Both the position numbers and the translations under genes were made by a program. From positions 14,259 through 78,258 of the IMG/VR virus record IMGVR_UViG_3300036820_000014: a stretch of 64,000 bases of DNA. One strand, 5' to 3'. Below are positions 1-9,959 of the stretch, one piece after another. The notes beneath the pieces are model-generated. The model was not told the origin of the DNA, made no database searches, and saw only the letters and a list, made by a program, of their open reading frames with translations. This stretch comes from a virus. Within the stretch, counting starts at the first letter, position 1, and each line of letters opens with the position of its first letter.

Positions 1-27
1 GATCATCGTCGCTGAATAACTCCGAGC

Positions 28-279
28 TCACCGTGCTGGCCTCATGTGGGGCGAATCGCTATAGCGGGCGAGGAACTCCATCAGCTCGTCTGTCGAGTCC
101 CACCTGATGTCGCCACGCCGGCCGCACCAGCAGAGGAGGCGGTAGTCATCGCCCTTCCGCTCAAGCGCCACGTAGGTCCCGGGGTCGAGGCATGGGCAAG
201 GTGGGAACCCTGGCCAGTCCGAAACGTCTCGATAGCCGAAGACGATCTCCCAGCCCGGGTCGATGGTCGGCTGGCTCAC
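28..279 (-). CDS. hypothetical protein (Cys pairs)
   Basis: GTG start overlaps the upstream stop (GTGA); CPC and CWC motifs. Confidence 0.55.
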   Translation of the reverse strand: MSQPTIDPGWEIVFGYRDVSDWPGFPPCPCLDPGTYVALERKGDDYRLLCWCGRRGDIRWDSTDELMEFLARYSDSPHMRPAR

Positions 280-983
280 GTCGCCTCCGTGGCGTCGAGG
301 GCTGCCAGGGCGTCGACAAGTGCCCCGAACTCGCATTCACGATCGTGCTCGTTGGAGCCTTCCTCCACGTTCCTGATGTGAACGTGGCAAAACACGCACT
401 CATGCGGCGAGTAGCCGCCGAACCCAAAGCCGTCGTCGAAGGCACATATCTTCCGCGCCGCTTTCACAACCCGCTCCATCTTTTCAAGGTCAGCCCAGAT
501 GTCCTCGTTGTCAGTGCGCGATCTATCCACCTCTTCGATGGCTTCTTCGTTAAGCCCCTTTTCGCAAAGTTGGCGGTCGAACTTGGATTGCATCTCGGTT
601 GGCTTGGCTCCGAGCCGGATAGCGAGGTTGCGGTAGTAACAGGTCAAATCGATCCACCGCTGCTCTTCGTTCTCCAGGGCTTCTGCCTTACGTGCTGCGG
701 TCACGGACTCAGCTGCTTCCACGACGTCGCACAGACGATTGAGTTCTCGGGCGAGGGCAGTGAGTTTCAACTCAGCTGCTCTACCGAGTCGCTCCTGTTC
801 CGTTGTCCCACTCCGCCATGCGAGCGGAAGAGGCACGTACGCAATGACGGTCTCGTCGGCCACCGCTTCCCGAACGATGTTCATTCGTAGCGTTCCGAGG
901 AGGCCGTAACTCAACTTCCACTTACCAGGCGTGATCCCTGAGAGAAGGGCCTGGATCTGCGCTAGTCGTTCGGGGCTGATCAC
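276..983 (-). CDS. hypothetical phage protein
   Basis: 235-aa ORF; ITPGKW near the N-terminus (Ead/Ea22-like), C-terminal CxxC..H..C. Confidence 0.6.
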   Translation of the reverse strand: MISPERLAQIQALLSGITPGKWKLSYGLLGTLRMNIVREAVADETVIAYVPLPLAWRSGTTEQERLGRAAELKLTALARELNRLCDVVEAAESVTAARKAEALENEEQRWIDLTCYYRNLAIRLGAKPTEMQSKFDRQLCEKGLNEEAIEEVDRSRTDNEDIWADLEKMERVVKAARKICAFDDGFGFGGYSPHECVFCHVHIRNVEEGSNEHDRECEFGALVDALAALDATEAT

Positions 984-1046
984 AACGTCACGCTCTCATC
1001 CTCTCGGTAAGAGTTGGCGTCATTGCACATCGCATGGCAGGTGTGT

Positions 1047-1475
1047 CTAGGCACGACGCACCGTCCCGATCGCCGCAACGATGAGAGCTCCGGCCTTTAT
1101 AAGACGTTCCTGGAGGCTGTCGATTGGCTTGCCATCGTTCGCCGAGATGAAACCCTTCTCGTCCCACGGCCACATCGACGATTCCGCCAGCAGGTACGCC
1201 ACAGCTGCGCTCGAGAACTGTTCCGGGTCGTGCAGATCGTCGTGCGCCAGCGTGTATCCGAGCTCGATCTGACGCCGGCGTTCAATGGCGATCAGGTCAA
1301 GAGCTGCCCGATCGTCGTCCTGGATCTGCGCTCGGTGTTCGGGGGTGATCACAATGTCACCCTCGCTAACGTGCAGCATCACGACTGGAGGCCGGTGGCA
1401 GTCATCGTCGTGTCCGAACTTGGCAATGTCTGCACCACACCACGGGCAGAAACGGGGCTGGCTTTCCTCACGCAT
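1047..1475 (-). CDS. conserved phage hypothetical protein
   Basis: IAIERRRQIELGYTLAHDDLH...WPW...LIKAGALIVAAI motif common in phage accessory genes. Confidence 0.7.
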   Translation of the reverse strand: MREESQPRFCPWCGADIAKFGHDDDCHRPPVVMLHVSEGDIVITPEHRAQIQDDDRAALDLIAIERRRQIELGYTLAHDDLHDPEQFSSAAVAYLLAESSMWPWDEKGFISANDGKPIDSLQERLIKAGALIVAAIGTVRRA

Positions 1476-1717
1476 CACTCTTCCTCCAATGCCCAATGCA
1501 GCATCCCAATGCGTGCAGACGGGCCGAGGCCCGGCGTGCTGACACATCGAAGCGTCTCTGAATCGCTTACGCCCCCGTCGCTCACTCTCACTACAAGCAC
1601 AGCGCCCGTGACGATCGGAGGACCCTCGAAGTCCACCGCATCAACTCCGTCCAGAAGTTCTTCGGTGTGAGCGGAGACCCATTCGGACAGAACTTCTCTG
1701 CAACTATCGAGCCTCAT
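1475..1717 (-). CDS. hypothetical protein
   Basis: Coupled ORF ending RIGMLHWALEEE; purine-rich RBS upstream. Confidence 0.5.
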   Translation of the reverse strand: MRLDSCREVLSEWVSAHTEELLDGVDAVDFEGPPIVTGAVLVVRVSDGGVSDSETLRCVSTPGLGPSARIGMLHWALEEE

Positions 1718-1766
1718 CTGTCGTCTCGTCTCCCCTCGTTGTCGGAGCGGTGACCGGCGAAAAGGG

Positions 1767-2165
1767 TCACTGAAAACATCCGATCTTGGCGGCGAAGTCG
1801 AGCATCGAACCTTCACCGTCTTCCCGCCAGATCATGGGCACCCACATCAGATGGAGGCCAAGGCACCGCGCCTTGTCGTGAAAACACGATGGGCAATAGG
1901 TACCTCCTCGACTGCCGTGGACCCGTACGTAGAGATCGTCGCTCGACATCCACACCACGTACCTGCGCCCGCATTCGGAGCACACCTGCACATTGTCTCG
2001 GTGCCAGATGACCCGCCACATGGCGCGACACATCGCCCGATACTTTCGCCGGCCTCCGAACCTCCGAATATCCGACTTGAGCAGGGCAAGCCAGTAGGAG
2101 AGATTGAGGTCGTGCGATACGCCCCTCGCCCCACCCTCGCTACTCGTCACGGCCTGGCTTCCCAT
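1767..2165 (-). CDS. CxxC...CxxC zinc-finger protein (paralog of 3386-3949)
   Basis: CSECGRRY..W...GTYCPSCF..KA...G..L.W.P. Confidence 0.6.
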   Translation of the reverse strand: MGSQAVTSSEGGARGVSHDLNLSYWLALLKSDIRRFGGRRKYRAMCRAMWRVIWHRDNVQVCSECGRRYVVWMSSDDLYVRVHGSRGGTYCPSCFHDKARCLGLHLMWVPMIWREDGEGSMLDFAAKIGCFQ

Positions 2166-2204
2166 GCTTTGCGAACGTCCCCCACCTCAGCCTCGCTTAG
2201 CGGG

Positions 2205-2516
2205 TCAGGCATCGGTGACCTTCTCGTACGTCGCTTCGAAGATGTCGGGCTTGCAGGAGTAGAACTCGTCCCTCAAACCTCGGATGATCCAGTCGCCTAT
2301 ATTCGCAGCCATCGTTCCTTCAAGCGTGCGAACAAGCATCAGCGGACTCCTGCCGCCCTCAAAGCGAAACAGCTCGGTGAGGGAGTATGTGTTGCCCTCG
2401 GGATTCTCCAGGTGGGGCCTCGCCCAGTCGCATATAGCTATGTAACTCTCGAAGCCCTTGAACTGCATTGCCTCAACGACAAAGGGCACGGGCTTCTTGC
2501 GGTATCGGTCACTCAT
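2205..2516 (-). CDS. conserved phage protein (PGDYG-like family)
   Basis: YRKKPV..EAMQF...TLEG.M.A..GDWIIRG...EFY.CKPDIFE.TY signature. Confidence 0.85.
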   Translation of the reverse strand: MSDRYRKKPVPFVVEAMQFKGFESYIAICDWARPHLENPEGNTYSLTELFRFEGGRSPLMLVRTLEGTMAANIGDWIIRGLRDEFYSCKPDIFEATYEKVTDA

Positions 2517-2741
2517 TTACTCGCTCCTCTCGTCGGGTCGGTTGGGGGGTGCGTCCATCGCTATCCAATGGCGCTTCATGACCCGTTCCGCTGTGTCACG
2601 GATCTCTTTGGCGTACCCGCCTTGCGGATCACGCATGATCGAGTCCACAGCTCTCAGCACGTCGCGGGTCCCAGCGTTCGGCCGCGCTATCTGCACGCGT
2701 GCAACCCATAGCTCTCGGATGACGTTGTCGAGACCGCTCAC
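2517..2741 (-). CDS. hypothetical protein
   Basis: ORF contiguous with its neighbours in the operon. Confidence 0.5.
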   Translation of the reverse strand: MSGLDNVIRELWVARVQIARPNAGTRDVLRAVDSIMRDPQGGYAKEIRDTAERVMKRHWIAMDAPPNRPDERSE

Positions 2742-2774
2742 GTCGTCCCACCCGCCCGGTCTGTGACGGGGTGG

Positions 2775-3074
2775 TCAGACATCGGCGTCCTCCACTTCGT
2801 CTTCCATGAGCCAGCCGAAGTGCGCGGCGACGAGACGGCGGGCCTTGGTGAGAACGTCGCAGGGGACATGCTCGGTATAGCGACGTTCCAAGAGCTCAAA
2901 GCCACGAAACCTGGAAATGAGGGGGAGGACGCCGTACTCTGAGTTGGTCGCTTCAACGATGCAACGGTGCATCATCTCGCTGGCCTCCTCCATTTGTTGC
3001 TGGGTCACGTCATCAGGAAGCGCTCCGGTCGCGATGTGGAGTGGTTCCCCTCCGCAAGTCCCGCAGACGCTCAC
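2775..3074 (-). CDS. hypothetical protein
   Basis: 99-aa ORF in operon, N-terminal CxxC. Confidence 0.5.
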   Translation of the reverse strand: MSVCGTCGGEPLHIATGALPDDVTQQQMEEASEMMHRCIVEATNSEYGVLPLISRFRGFELLERRYTEHVPCDVLTKARRLVAAHFGWLMEDEVEDADV

Positions 3075-3111
3075 CGTCGCGCCCCAAGTGCCAGCCGATC
3101 ACGACACCGGA

Positions 3112-3393
3112 TCACGAGACGTCCTCAGGCAGTTCGCCGAGCACCATCCGCGTCGCCTTCTCGCAAATGAAAATCTCGTCGTGAGTGAGGTGACGATCCC
3201 ACCAGAAGATTGAGTCCGACGGGCTAGAAGTGTCGACGTACTGCGGTTGCAGCCCGGCCTCGCTGATGGCAACCTCGAACTCGGCGGCAGCACTGATGCG
3301 CCATGCGTCGTACTCCCAGCGCTTCTCCCAATCGAAGGGCGCCCCAAGTGCCAGCCGACAGGTGGTCATGAGGCGACGGGGGTAGTCAGACAT
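3112..3393 (-). CDS. hypothetical protein
   Basis: MSDYPRRL start overlaps the upstream gene end. Confidence 0.5.
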   Translation of the reverse strand: MSDYPRRLMTTCRLALGAPFDWEKRWEYDAWRISAAAEFEVAISEAGLQPQYVDTSSPSDSIFWWDRHLTHDEIFICEKATRMVLGELPEDVS

Positions 3394-3949
3394 TCCGCTG
3401 AGGCTCCACGCGCTCTGGGCACGGCTCGGTTCCGCACCTGTGATCGCTTGCAGTCGGATGCAGTACGCGATGTGCCGACTGGGAGTCCATGTGCTGCTCC
3501 GCTTCGGCATTCACACGGCTGTCGCGATAGGTGACGCCCGGCATCGTGTCCTCACGGTTCTCGTCCGGGTAGGGCGTCTCGTAGGGCCAGCCGAGCAGCC
3601 GAGCGATCGCACCCCAGTGGCCCTGCGGCACCTGAGCCTTCTCGTTGTCGTGAAAGTGCGGATCGGGTTCGCCCATAAGCAGCCGGTCGCGGACCGGATC
3701 GCCCCACCAGTTCGTCGTTGCGACGCCATCTCGGCGAGTCACGATTGGAGTCCACGTCAGTCGGATACCTGCTTCATGGGCCAGCTTCTCGAAGCACCGA
3801 GGGCAGCGGGTGCCGTGGTAGTGGCCGATCAGCTCGTCCCACAATGGTTGTGGAGAGTGCCAGAGCATGTACCCACGTCCGCAGATCCCGCAGACCTCGT
3901 GGCCATCGTGATCGGGATGAGTCATGTCCTCGAACGCCAGCTCGGACAT
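3386..3949 (-). CDS. zinc-finger protein (paralog of 1767-2165)
   Basis: CGICGRGY..W...GTRCPRCF.K.A...G..L.W.P. Confidence 0.65.
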   Translation of the reverse strand: MSELAFEDMTHPDHDGHEVCGICGRGYMLWHSPQPLWDELIGHYHGTRCPRCFEKLAHEAGIRLTWTPIVTRRDGVATTNWWGDPVRDRLLMGEPDPHFHDNEKAQVPQGHWGAIARLLGWPYETPYPDENREDTMPGVTYRDSRVNAEAEQHMDSQSAHRVLHPTASDHRCGTEPCPERVEPQRNV

Positions 3950-4326
3950 CAATTCTCGTCTCCCTCGCAATCACGCCGGAACGTGTTGAGTTCCGGATCC
4001 CACTGGTAGCAGCACGCACCGACCAGCTTGTAGACGTCGTTGAGCGCATCCATATCGGGCTCGAACACGGTCATGCGCTTGCAATGGAGACACTGGCCAC
4101 CATCGACAAGCCGACCGCAAAGCCGCAGAGCAGCGGTGGTCGGATTCCCTGCGGCGGCGGTCTCGAACCGTCCATCGGAGTACTTGGCAACGACGAACCA
4201 CACCGTGGGCTCCTCGTCGTCGGACCACCGGACCTGGACCTCGTTGACGCCGGTTCGCCGCATGAGGTCAAAGGCAGCCCTGAACTGAGGCGGCATCGGG
4301 TTTGCCGTCTCGGTCATCGAATGCAC
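3949..4326 (-). CDS. hypothetical protein
   Basis: GGQCLHCKR and CCYQWDPEL motifs; coupled to the next gene. Confidence 0.65.
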   Translation of the reverse strand: MHSMTETANPMPPQFRAAFDLMRRTGVNEVQVRWSDDEEPTVWFVVAKYSDGRFETAAAGNPTTAALRLCGRLVDGGQCLHCKRMTVFEPDMDALNDVYKLVGACCYQWDPELNTFRRDCEGDEN

Positions 4327-4664
4327 CGCTTGACTCGCTCGGTCCCGTCGACGCGAAGCTCCGCCGTTAGGCCACCCAAGTCATCGTGCAACTCAGCCCC
4401 GGGAACGAGGAGGATGTCTCCGAGCTCGACGGCTCCGCACGGGACGAGTTCGGTCCTCTGAAACTGTTGCGGTGTCACTTCGGCTTCCGGTTGAACCAGG
4501 CCACGGCCACGAGCGCGGCCAAGAGAGCCACGAAGCAGATGACGATCGATTCCTCAAGCCCGGTCACAATCGCTCCGTGTAGTTGGCGAGCATCGTGAGG
4601 TCGTGCTCTAAGACGATGAAGAGATCGGCGACCGCGTCAGCATCGACAAGCTGGCTGGAGGTCC

Positions 4665-5057
4665 TCATCGTTCCTCGACACGTTCATCCTGGGAGTTCTT
4701 ATGAACGATCCGGCTCTTCCACAGCACCTTCGACGGTGCCCAGATACGCCACGAGTTCTGGCCCTCGGCGAGAAGCCAGACACCTCGCCATCGAGAGTGG
4801 GTGCTGGTGCCTACGCGAAGACCGAAGAGCACCCGACGGATTCGAGTATGCCAGCCGGTCGGGTCGGTCGACCTCTGAGGCGAGAGCACCCAGGCATTGA
4901 ATGAGGCACCACACGCGGCGCATAGCTCGAACTCATCCCACTCATCGGGGGGCAGCACTCCCCACCATCCCTGAGGCATCTCGAAGGTGTTGCCGCGGAG
5001 ACGCCCGCCAGCGTCAGCCACGGTGCGACATCGCCGACACTCGATTTTGCCTCTCAC
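4665..5057 (-). CDS. hypothetical zinc-ribbon protein
   Basis: GTGA overlap start; CRRC...PQGW...ELCAAC. Confidence 0.5.
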   Translation of the reverse strand: MRGKIECRRCRTVADAGGRLRGNTFEMPQGWWGVLPPDEWDEFELCAACGASFNAWVLSPQRSTDPTGWHTRIRRVLFGLRVGTSTHSRWRGVWLLAEGQNSWRIWAPSKVLWKSRIVHKNSQDERVEER

Positions 5058-5290
5058 GTCGCCGGCTCCCGGTTGCGAGCTGAGAGCTTGAGCGCCGCCG
5101 GTGTCACGCCGGCAACCCTGGCGATGCGGGACCAAGAAAGGCCGAGCTCCCTGAGCCGATCGACGATCCGGATTCGAGCATCGACGGCATCGCGCCGCTC
5201 ATCGACGGCGAGCGAGAGCCGGGCTCCGACCGCGACCAGGTCCGCCAAGAGTTCCGGGATCTCGTCGTCGCCAGCCTTGACATGGGCCAT
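5054..5290 (-). CDS. small helix-turn-helix protein
   Basis: GLSWSRIARVAGVTPAAL HTH. Confidence 0.65.
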   Translation of the reverse strand: MAHVKAGDDEIPELLADLVAVGARLSLAVDERRDAVDARIRIVDRLRELGLSWSRIARVAGVTPAALKLSARNREPAT

Positions 5291-5325
5291 CGGGCCGCAT
5301 GGTAGCCCGCTACACCCGCAGCCAC

Positions 5326-6030
5326 CTACCCGTTCCTCTCGTAGACGTACAGGGCGTCATGGATCCCCTCCCATTGGGGGATGTCGACCTCTCTCACGAC
5401 GTGCCAGCGCTTCTCGATCTGACGCCAGAACAGCCACCCGGCGCAGCATCCCCAGGACTCTTCGCCGACGTAGATGAACCGGTCGCCCGTGTAGAGACGG
5501 AGGGCGTTGTAGGCCATGCATTGACGCTGCTTGCGTGCCGTGGCCAGGTCGAACGGCTCAGTCCCCTCGAAGGGTGGCCAGCATAGAAACAGGGTTCGAT
5601 CGGGTTCGATCCGGACCCACGACTCGGTTCCATAGTCGACACGGGTCCACGTGGGGCTGCCCTGGAACCACCAGTTATCGCAAGAGTCGGGTGGATGACG
5701 ATCGACGGCCACGACGTCGGCTCGAGCAAGGCGCAAGAGCCATGCCCAGTAGCCCGTGCCGGCCCCGATTTCGAGGATGGGTGAGTAGCTGGCTATTGCC
5801 TCGATGGCCTCAGGTGTGGGGATGGCGTACGAGTAGCGGTTGACAAGTCGATTGCGATCGTGGCGCGCGTCCTCCCATTGCTGCGCCCACAGGATGAGGT
5901 CATCCTGCGAGGACGACCTTGGGAGCGGGTCGCGGCGGACACGCTGGAACTCGGTCAGGTACGGGTTGCCCATCATCGGGTCGATGGTGACTAGGGCCAT
6001 CGAGGTCACGATCGTGCGTGCGTCGCTCAC
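5326..6030 (-). CDS. class I SAM-dependent methyltransferase-like protein
   Basis: ILEIGAGTGYW motif I, VVAVD, LFLCWP, FIYVGE. Confidence 0.75.
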   Translation of the reverse strand: MSDARTIVTSMALVTIDPMMGNPYLTEFQRVRRDPLPRSSSQDDLILWAQQWEDARHDRNRLVNRYSYAIPTPEAIEAIASYSPILEIGAGTGYWAWLLRLARADVVAVDRHPPDSCDNWWFQGSPTWTRVDYGTESWVRIEPDRTLFLCWPPFEGTEPFDLATARKQRQCMAYNALRLYTGDRFIYVGEESWGCCAGWLFWRQIEKRWHVVREVDIPQWEGIHDALYVYERNG

Positions 6031-6247
6031 GGCCGCAGGCTCCCCAGCCTGTGCTGGACCTGGTACTCGAGCCATCTGATCCCCCAGCCACGGGTGAGCG
6101 GGAACGACGCCCTCTCTCGGCCGACCCGCAGGGAAGCGTGACCTCGCCAGCCAGAGTCGGCGTGCAGCCCGAGGATGCGCATCACCTGGACCGGAGTGCC
6201 GGCGAGCATGCGGATCCCGACGCCTGAGCGTGAGTAGCGGAAGACCG

Positions 6248-6658
6248 TCAGCGTTTCCGGGTCGGCCGCTGTGGCTTCCCGATGTCCGTGGGGTCCCACC
6301 CGTAGGTCCCCGGAGCCGTTGCCGGGGTAGCGAGCCAGCGGGCTATCTGGCTCAGATCGTCGGTGGGTCTGAGCACCCACGCGCGTCCAGTCGGGATGGC
6401 GGCGAACCGGGCGAGCCATTCGATCTGACCCTCCTGGAATGGCGTCGGCTTGCCCCGTGAGTCGAAGCCCTTTACCTCGATCGCCAGGATGAATGTCTGG
6501 CGGAGGCCCACCAAATCTGGCCAACCCTTCGCCGTTGTCGGAGTACGCCATCCGTGCTTGGTCCTCAACGGATACACGTGCATCGTGTCCCAGTGAAAGA
6601 CGGTCAACGTCTCGACGAGGAGTTTCTGAAATTCGCTCTCCGGTAGGAGGTCCGTCAC
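6248..6658 (-). CDS. VRR-NUC / PD-(D/E)XK nuclease (Holliday junction resolvase-like)
   Basis: ESEFQ...GWPDL...IEVK...Q.EWL. Confidence 0.8.
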   Translation of the reverse strand: MTDLLPESEFQKLLVETLTVFHWDTMHVYPLRTKHGWRTPTTAKGWPDLVGLRQTFILAIEVKGFDSRGKPTPFQEGQIEWLARFAAIPTGRAWVLRPTDDLSQIARWLATPATAPGTYGWDPTDIGKPQRPTRKR

Positions 6659-6692
6659 GCACGCCTACTCCCTTTCAGTCCCGACGACGTCG

Positions 6693-6736
6693 GGCACGGT
6701 CCCCTCCCGTTAGGCCCGAGATTCTGGGACCGTGCC
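6693..6736 (-). terminator. stem-loop downstream of 6765-7160
   Basis: GGCACGGTCCC / GGGACCGTGCC 11-bp inverted repeat. Confidence 0.45.
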
Positions 6737-6764
6737 GTTAGCCGTCAGGAAACCTACGGCCTTG

Positions 6765-7160
6765 TCAGGCGGATTTCGCAATCGCCGTCTTCGGACGAGG
6801 CGTGACCTGCTTGCGAGCAAGAGTCGCTTTCGACGGCGCTGGAATGCGGATGGCCGCTACCACCTTGTCTCCGCCAGACGGTGACCGCTTGGCTCTTACG
6901 GCCTTGACCTTCGAGGTGCTCGCTCGATGGCCAATTGCTACGCCGTTCGGCAATTCGACGTCCCAGTCGGTGCCGAGAGGATCCTTTACTCCGAGCCGCT
7001 TCAGGATCTCCGTCAGACGCTTCGTGCTCACACGGTCTGGCGATTTGTTGTCGATACCTGAGGTCTGAAAGTAGGCGACCCCGGAGAGACTGTTTTGTCC
7101 CTTCCCCGGAGCGCTACTCAGCTGCTTTCCGCGGACGATAAAGTGTCCCTGGTCAGCCAT
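6765..7160 (-). CDS. basic hypothetical protein
   Basis: Strong RBS (GGAAGGGAG); K/R/A-rich tail. Confidence 0.6.
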   Translation of the reverse strand: MADQGHFIVRGKQLSSAPGKGQNSLSGVAYFQTSGIDNKSPDRVSTKRLTEILKRLGVKDPLGTDWDVELPNGVAIGHRASTSKVKAVRAKRSPSGGDKVVAAIRIPAPSKATLARKQVTPRPKTAIAKSA

Positions 7161-7235
7161 GATCTGACTCCCTTCCCTTGGGTTGGATGTTGCGCAACCA
7201 AGGTTCGCTTCTTCCATTGCGGAAAGCAAGCGGGA

Positions 7236-8324
7236 TCAGATCGGCTCCGCACCCAGCCCTCCGACACATCCAGGAGACAACCAAGCCCGCTCTCGGCCTC
7301 GGTTGGCTGAATTCCTTGTCTCTCCGGATGAGTTGCCCATCGCTCGACGAGCTCGCCACCACACGGTCCGCCAACCCGGCAAGTCAAAATCCTCGTTGTA
7401 TCCCGCCACCACGATCCTCATCCCAGGAAGTGCTTCATTCTCTCGGCACCAACCCTGGATGGCATCGTGAAGATCATCGTCGACCTCGTGCGCATAAACC
7501 TCGGATCGCTCATTGAGCCGGTATGGGGGATCGAGGAATACGCCCATGCTGTTGGCACCACTCATCGCTCCCGTCGTAACGATGCGTGACCAGTTCCCCG
7601 ACGCACATCGGACGCTTCGCAGACGGGCCGACAGATGACCGAACCAGTCTTGGAGGTCTTCGTAGCTCCGCACTGTTGACTTACTGGCGTTCTGGGCATT
7701 GACCCGAGGGATGTGCCGGGTGACACCCTGGGCGCTCGTCATGTGAGGCCGTTTGCGATCGACCCCATTGGCTTCACTGATGCGAGGGATTTGCTTTCTA
7801 AATCCTTTCGCCTCAGAGCGCCGACTCTTTTGGACTCGTCCATCGACTACGCGCCACGGGCCAGTTCCGGAACACCAACCTGAGCCAATCCAATTCGATA
7901 GGCCCCACGCCCACCACCCGGCGATCTTTGCATCGCAGTAGTCCGGGTCGGCCTCGAGTCGGCTGGCTAACTCCGAGCCGTGGTTAACCAACCAGAGATG
8001 TCGTGCGGTGAGGTCCAGCTCGTGGACGTGGCTGTCGGCCCAGCGAGCGACCTCATCGGGGTCGGACTTGATCGCGCGCCAGAAGTTGGCGACATATCCA
8101 TCCTTGTCATTAACCAATTCCCGACGTCGAGCACATTCTTGGATCTCGAGCGGTCGCCTGAGCAGGACCGCCAGTGATCCGCCAAATGGCTCTGCGAAGA
8201 CGTCCGGATTGCCGAGAGCCCTCCACACAAGAGGAGCGAGTTGGCTCTTTCCGCCGAAGTAGGGAAAGGGTGCCGCCAGCCGAGGGTCTATTGCTTCAGC
8301 CACTCGGTCCCACACTTCGGGCAC
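7236..8324 (-). CDS. DNA adenine methyltransferase (Dam/D12-like)
   Basis: PFPYFGGKS, EPFGGS, LVND, FLDPPY. Confidence 0.9.
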   Translation of the reverse strand: MPEVWDRVAEAIDPRLAAPFPYFGGKSQLAPLVWRALGNPDVFAEPFGGSLAVLLRRPLEIQECARRRELVNDKDGYVANFWRAIKSDPDEVARWADSHVHELDLTARHLWLVNHGSELASRLEADPDYCDAKIAGWWAWGLSNWIGSGWCSGTGPWRVVDGRVQKSRRSEAKGFRKQIPRISEANGVDRKRPHMTSAQGVTRHIPRVNAQNASKSTVRSYEDLQDWFGHLSARLRSVRCASGNWSRIVTTGAMSGANSMGVFLDPPYRLNERSEVYAHEVDDDLHDAIQGWCRENEALPGMRIVVAGYNEDFDLPGWRTVWWRARRAMGNSSGETRNSANRGRERAWLSPGCVGGLGAEPI

Positions 8325-8890
8325 TGGAGCGTCTCGGGCTCCTTGCGCGCATCGAAGCTGACTCGCTCGGTCTGAGCCGAGTCCTCAGCCTGGATCGAAT
8401 CGAGGATCGCTCCGACGTCGACCTGGTCGAATCCGATTCCTTCAAGCGAGCCGGCGTTCGCGTGGGTCTCGATGATGGCGGTCAGGTTCGGGACGTGCCA
8501 TCCGCCTAACTCCACAAGTCGGTTGACCCCGACGAGCATGGCCCGTGCCTCGTCGTCATCGATGGAGGACCAGCCCTCGTAGACCGGAGCCATCCAGACT
8601 CCGTCCTCGTCTATCACGATCCCCTCAGGTAAGTCTTCGGCAGAGTCCGCCATCTCGGCCAGTAGCGCATCCGTGCGGCCGTGGCCTTCGGCTATCAGAC
8701 CCGTGCGTCCGTCGATGACGATGGGAGAGATGAAGCCGAAGCGTCGGATCGATGCTCGAATCTCTGCGTCAGCGTGGAGCTTCGGGTTGTCCGGATTCGG
8801 CGGGAGGTCCGTGATCCGCCTATAGCCGAGGCTCCTGGGCGAGATCACCGCGTCGGGGACGGCCGCGTCGGGAGTTGCAAGATCTGTCAC
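8288..8890 (-). CDS. ParB/Srx N-terminal domain protein
   Basis: PNPDNPKLH...SIRRFGF..PIVID...GHGR; C-terminal CPKCG. Confidence 0.85.
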   Translation of the reverse strand: MTDLATPDAAVPDAVISPRSLGYRRITDLPPNPDNPKLHADAEIRASIRRFGFISPIVIDGRTGLIAEGHGRTDALLAEMADSAEDLPEGIVIDEDGVWMAPVYEGWSSIDDDEARAMLVGVNRLVELGGWHVPNLTAIIETHANAGSLEGIGFDQVDVGAILDSIQAEDSAQTERVSFDARKEPETLQCPKCGTEWLKQ

Positions 8891-8900
8891 TGGCCGGATG

Positions 8901-9275
8901 TTACGGCCGGGCGAGCCATCCCGCTTCTCTTGCTTCGATCGGATGCTGGTTATGGATCCAGTCATGGCACTCGAGGCAGATGTGCAAGAGGTTGGTCAGG
9001 AGATTCTTGCCCCCGTCAGAGACGGGAAGGACGTGATGGCGGTGCTCGCCCCAGTAGTGGCACTTGGCCGAGACGAGGATCTCGCACACACCGTGCGACC
9101 TCTCGAGCAACGCCGGCGTGATGGCGTCCAACTCGTCGAGGAAGGCCCGTTTCTCCGGACTGATCCGACGCAGCCCTTTCCGACGCGGCCGAAGCGGAGC
9201 GCGCTTTAAGCGGGTTTCCGAACGCTTCATCTCGGTCCGTTTCATCTGAACCGGATGCCGGCTTTCACCGCTCAT
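8901..9275 (-). CDS. HNH endonuclease
   Basis: HHVLPVSDGGKN..TNL..ICLECHDWIH. Confidence 0.85.
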   Translation of the reverse strand: MSGESRHPVQMKRTEMKRSETRLKRAPLRPRRKGLRRISPEKRAFLDELDAITPALLERSHGVCEILVSAKCHYWGEHRHHVLPVSDGGKNLLTNLLHICLECHDWIHNQHPIEAREAGWLARP

Positions 9276-9470
9276 CTTTCCGTGGCCACTCAGCGAGGAC
9301 CTGAGGTGTTCCCTTCACGTACTCCCGGTGCTTGCCGCTGTGAGCTGGCGGACGGTTGCAGACCGGATCACGCTCGAGTTTCCACCGGGTCATCTCGACT
9401 CGCTGGTCCCAGGTCGGGGTCTCGCCGCATAGGTGTGCCGCTACGACTGGCGGTGTGCCGCGTCGAGGAC

Positions 9471-9725
9471 TCACGCCGGTGCGAGATGGCCAAGCGAGCG
9501 ACGGAACTGACCGCGGCGCCTGCGTCTCTGGTTCTCCATGATCCCTTCGAACCCGGTCCCGCAAGCCGGACAGAGATCATGGACCAGGCCATCCCACTCA
9601 CGACGGGCCCAGCCTTTTCTCTGGGCTCGGTGCCGGGCGTCTCCGATGGTCAGCACCGTGTCGCCGACCGCTATGTCGATGCGGTTCCGACAGAGGTCGC
9701 AACGGATGGTGATGAGGGCGATCAC
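9471..9725 (-). CDS. small zinc-finger protein
   Basis: CDLC...GW...DLCPAC. Confidence 0.6.
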   Translation of the reverse strand: MIALITIRCDLCRNRIDIAVGDTVLTIGDARHRAQRKGWARREWDGLVHDLCPACGTGFEGIMENQRRRRRGQFRRSLGHLAPA

Positions 9726-9943
9726 TCAGATGACTCCTTTGCCGCGTCTAGGGCGATGCCCTGGACGACTTCTGAATCGACGAAGTTCACGACCAGGCCA
9801 CCGCGGTAGCCGACCATTGCCGCCAGAAGCCAGCGAGGAAGGCCGCAGAGCATGACGATCGCTCGCTCCGGATCATCACGGACGAGGGTCGTGTACTCGG
9901 TGGAGGCTCGGATGGCAGCGAGATTGTCAGGACTGAGATCCAC
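9722..9943 (-). CDS. hypothetical protein
   Basis: Downstream of promoter/operator 9960-9976; GAGG RBS. Confidence 0.55.
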   Translation of the reverse strand: MDLSPDNLAAIRASTEYTTLVRDDPERAIVMLCGLPRWLLAAMVGYRGGLVVNFVDSEVVQGIALDAAKESSE

Positions 9944-9959
9944 CGCCGCACCTCTTCGA

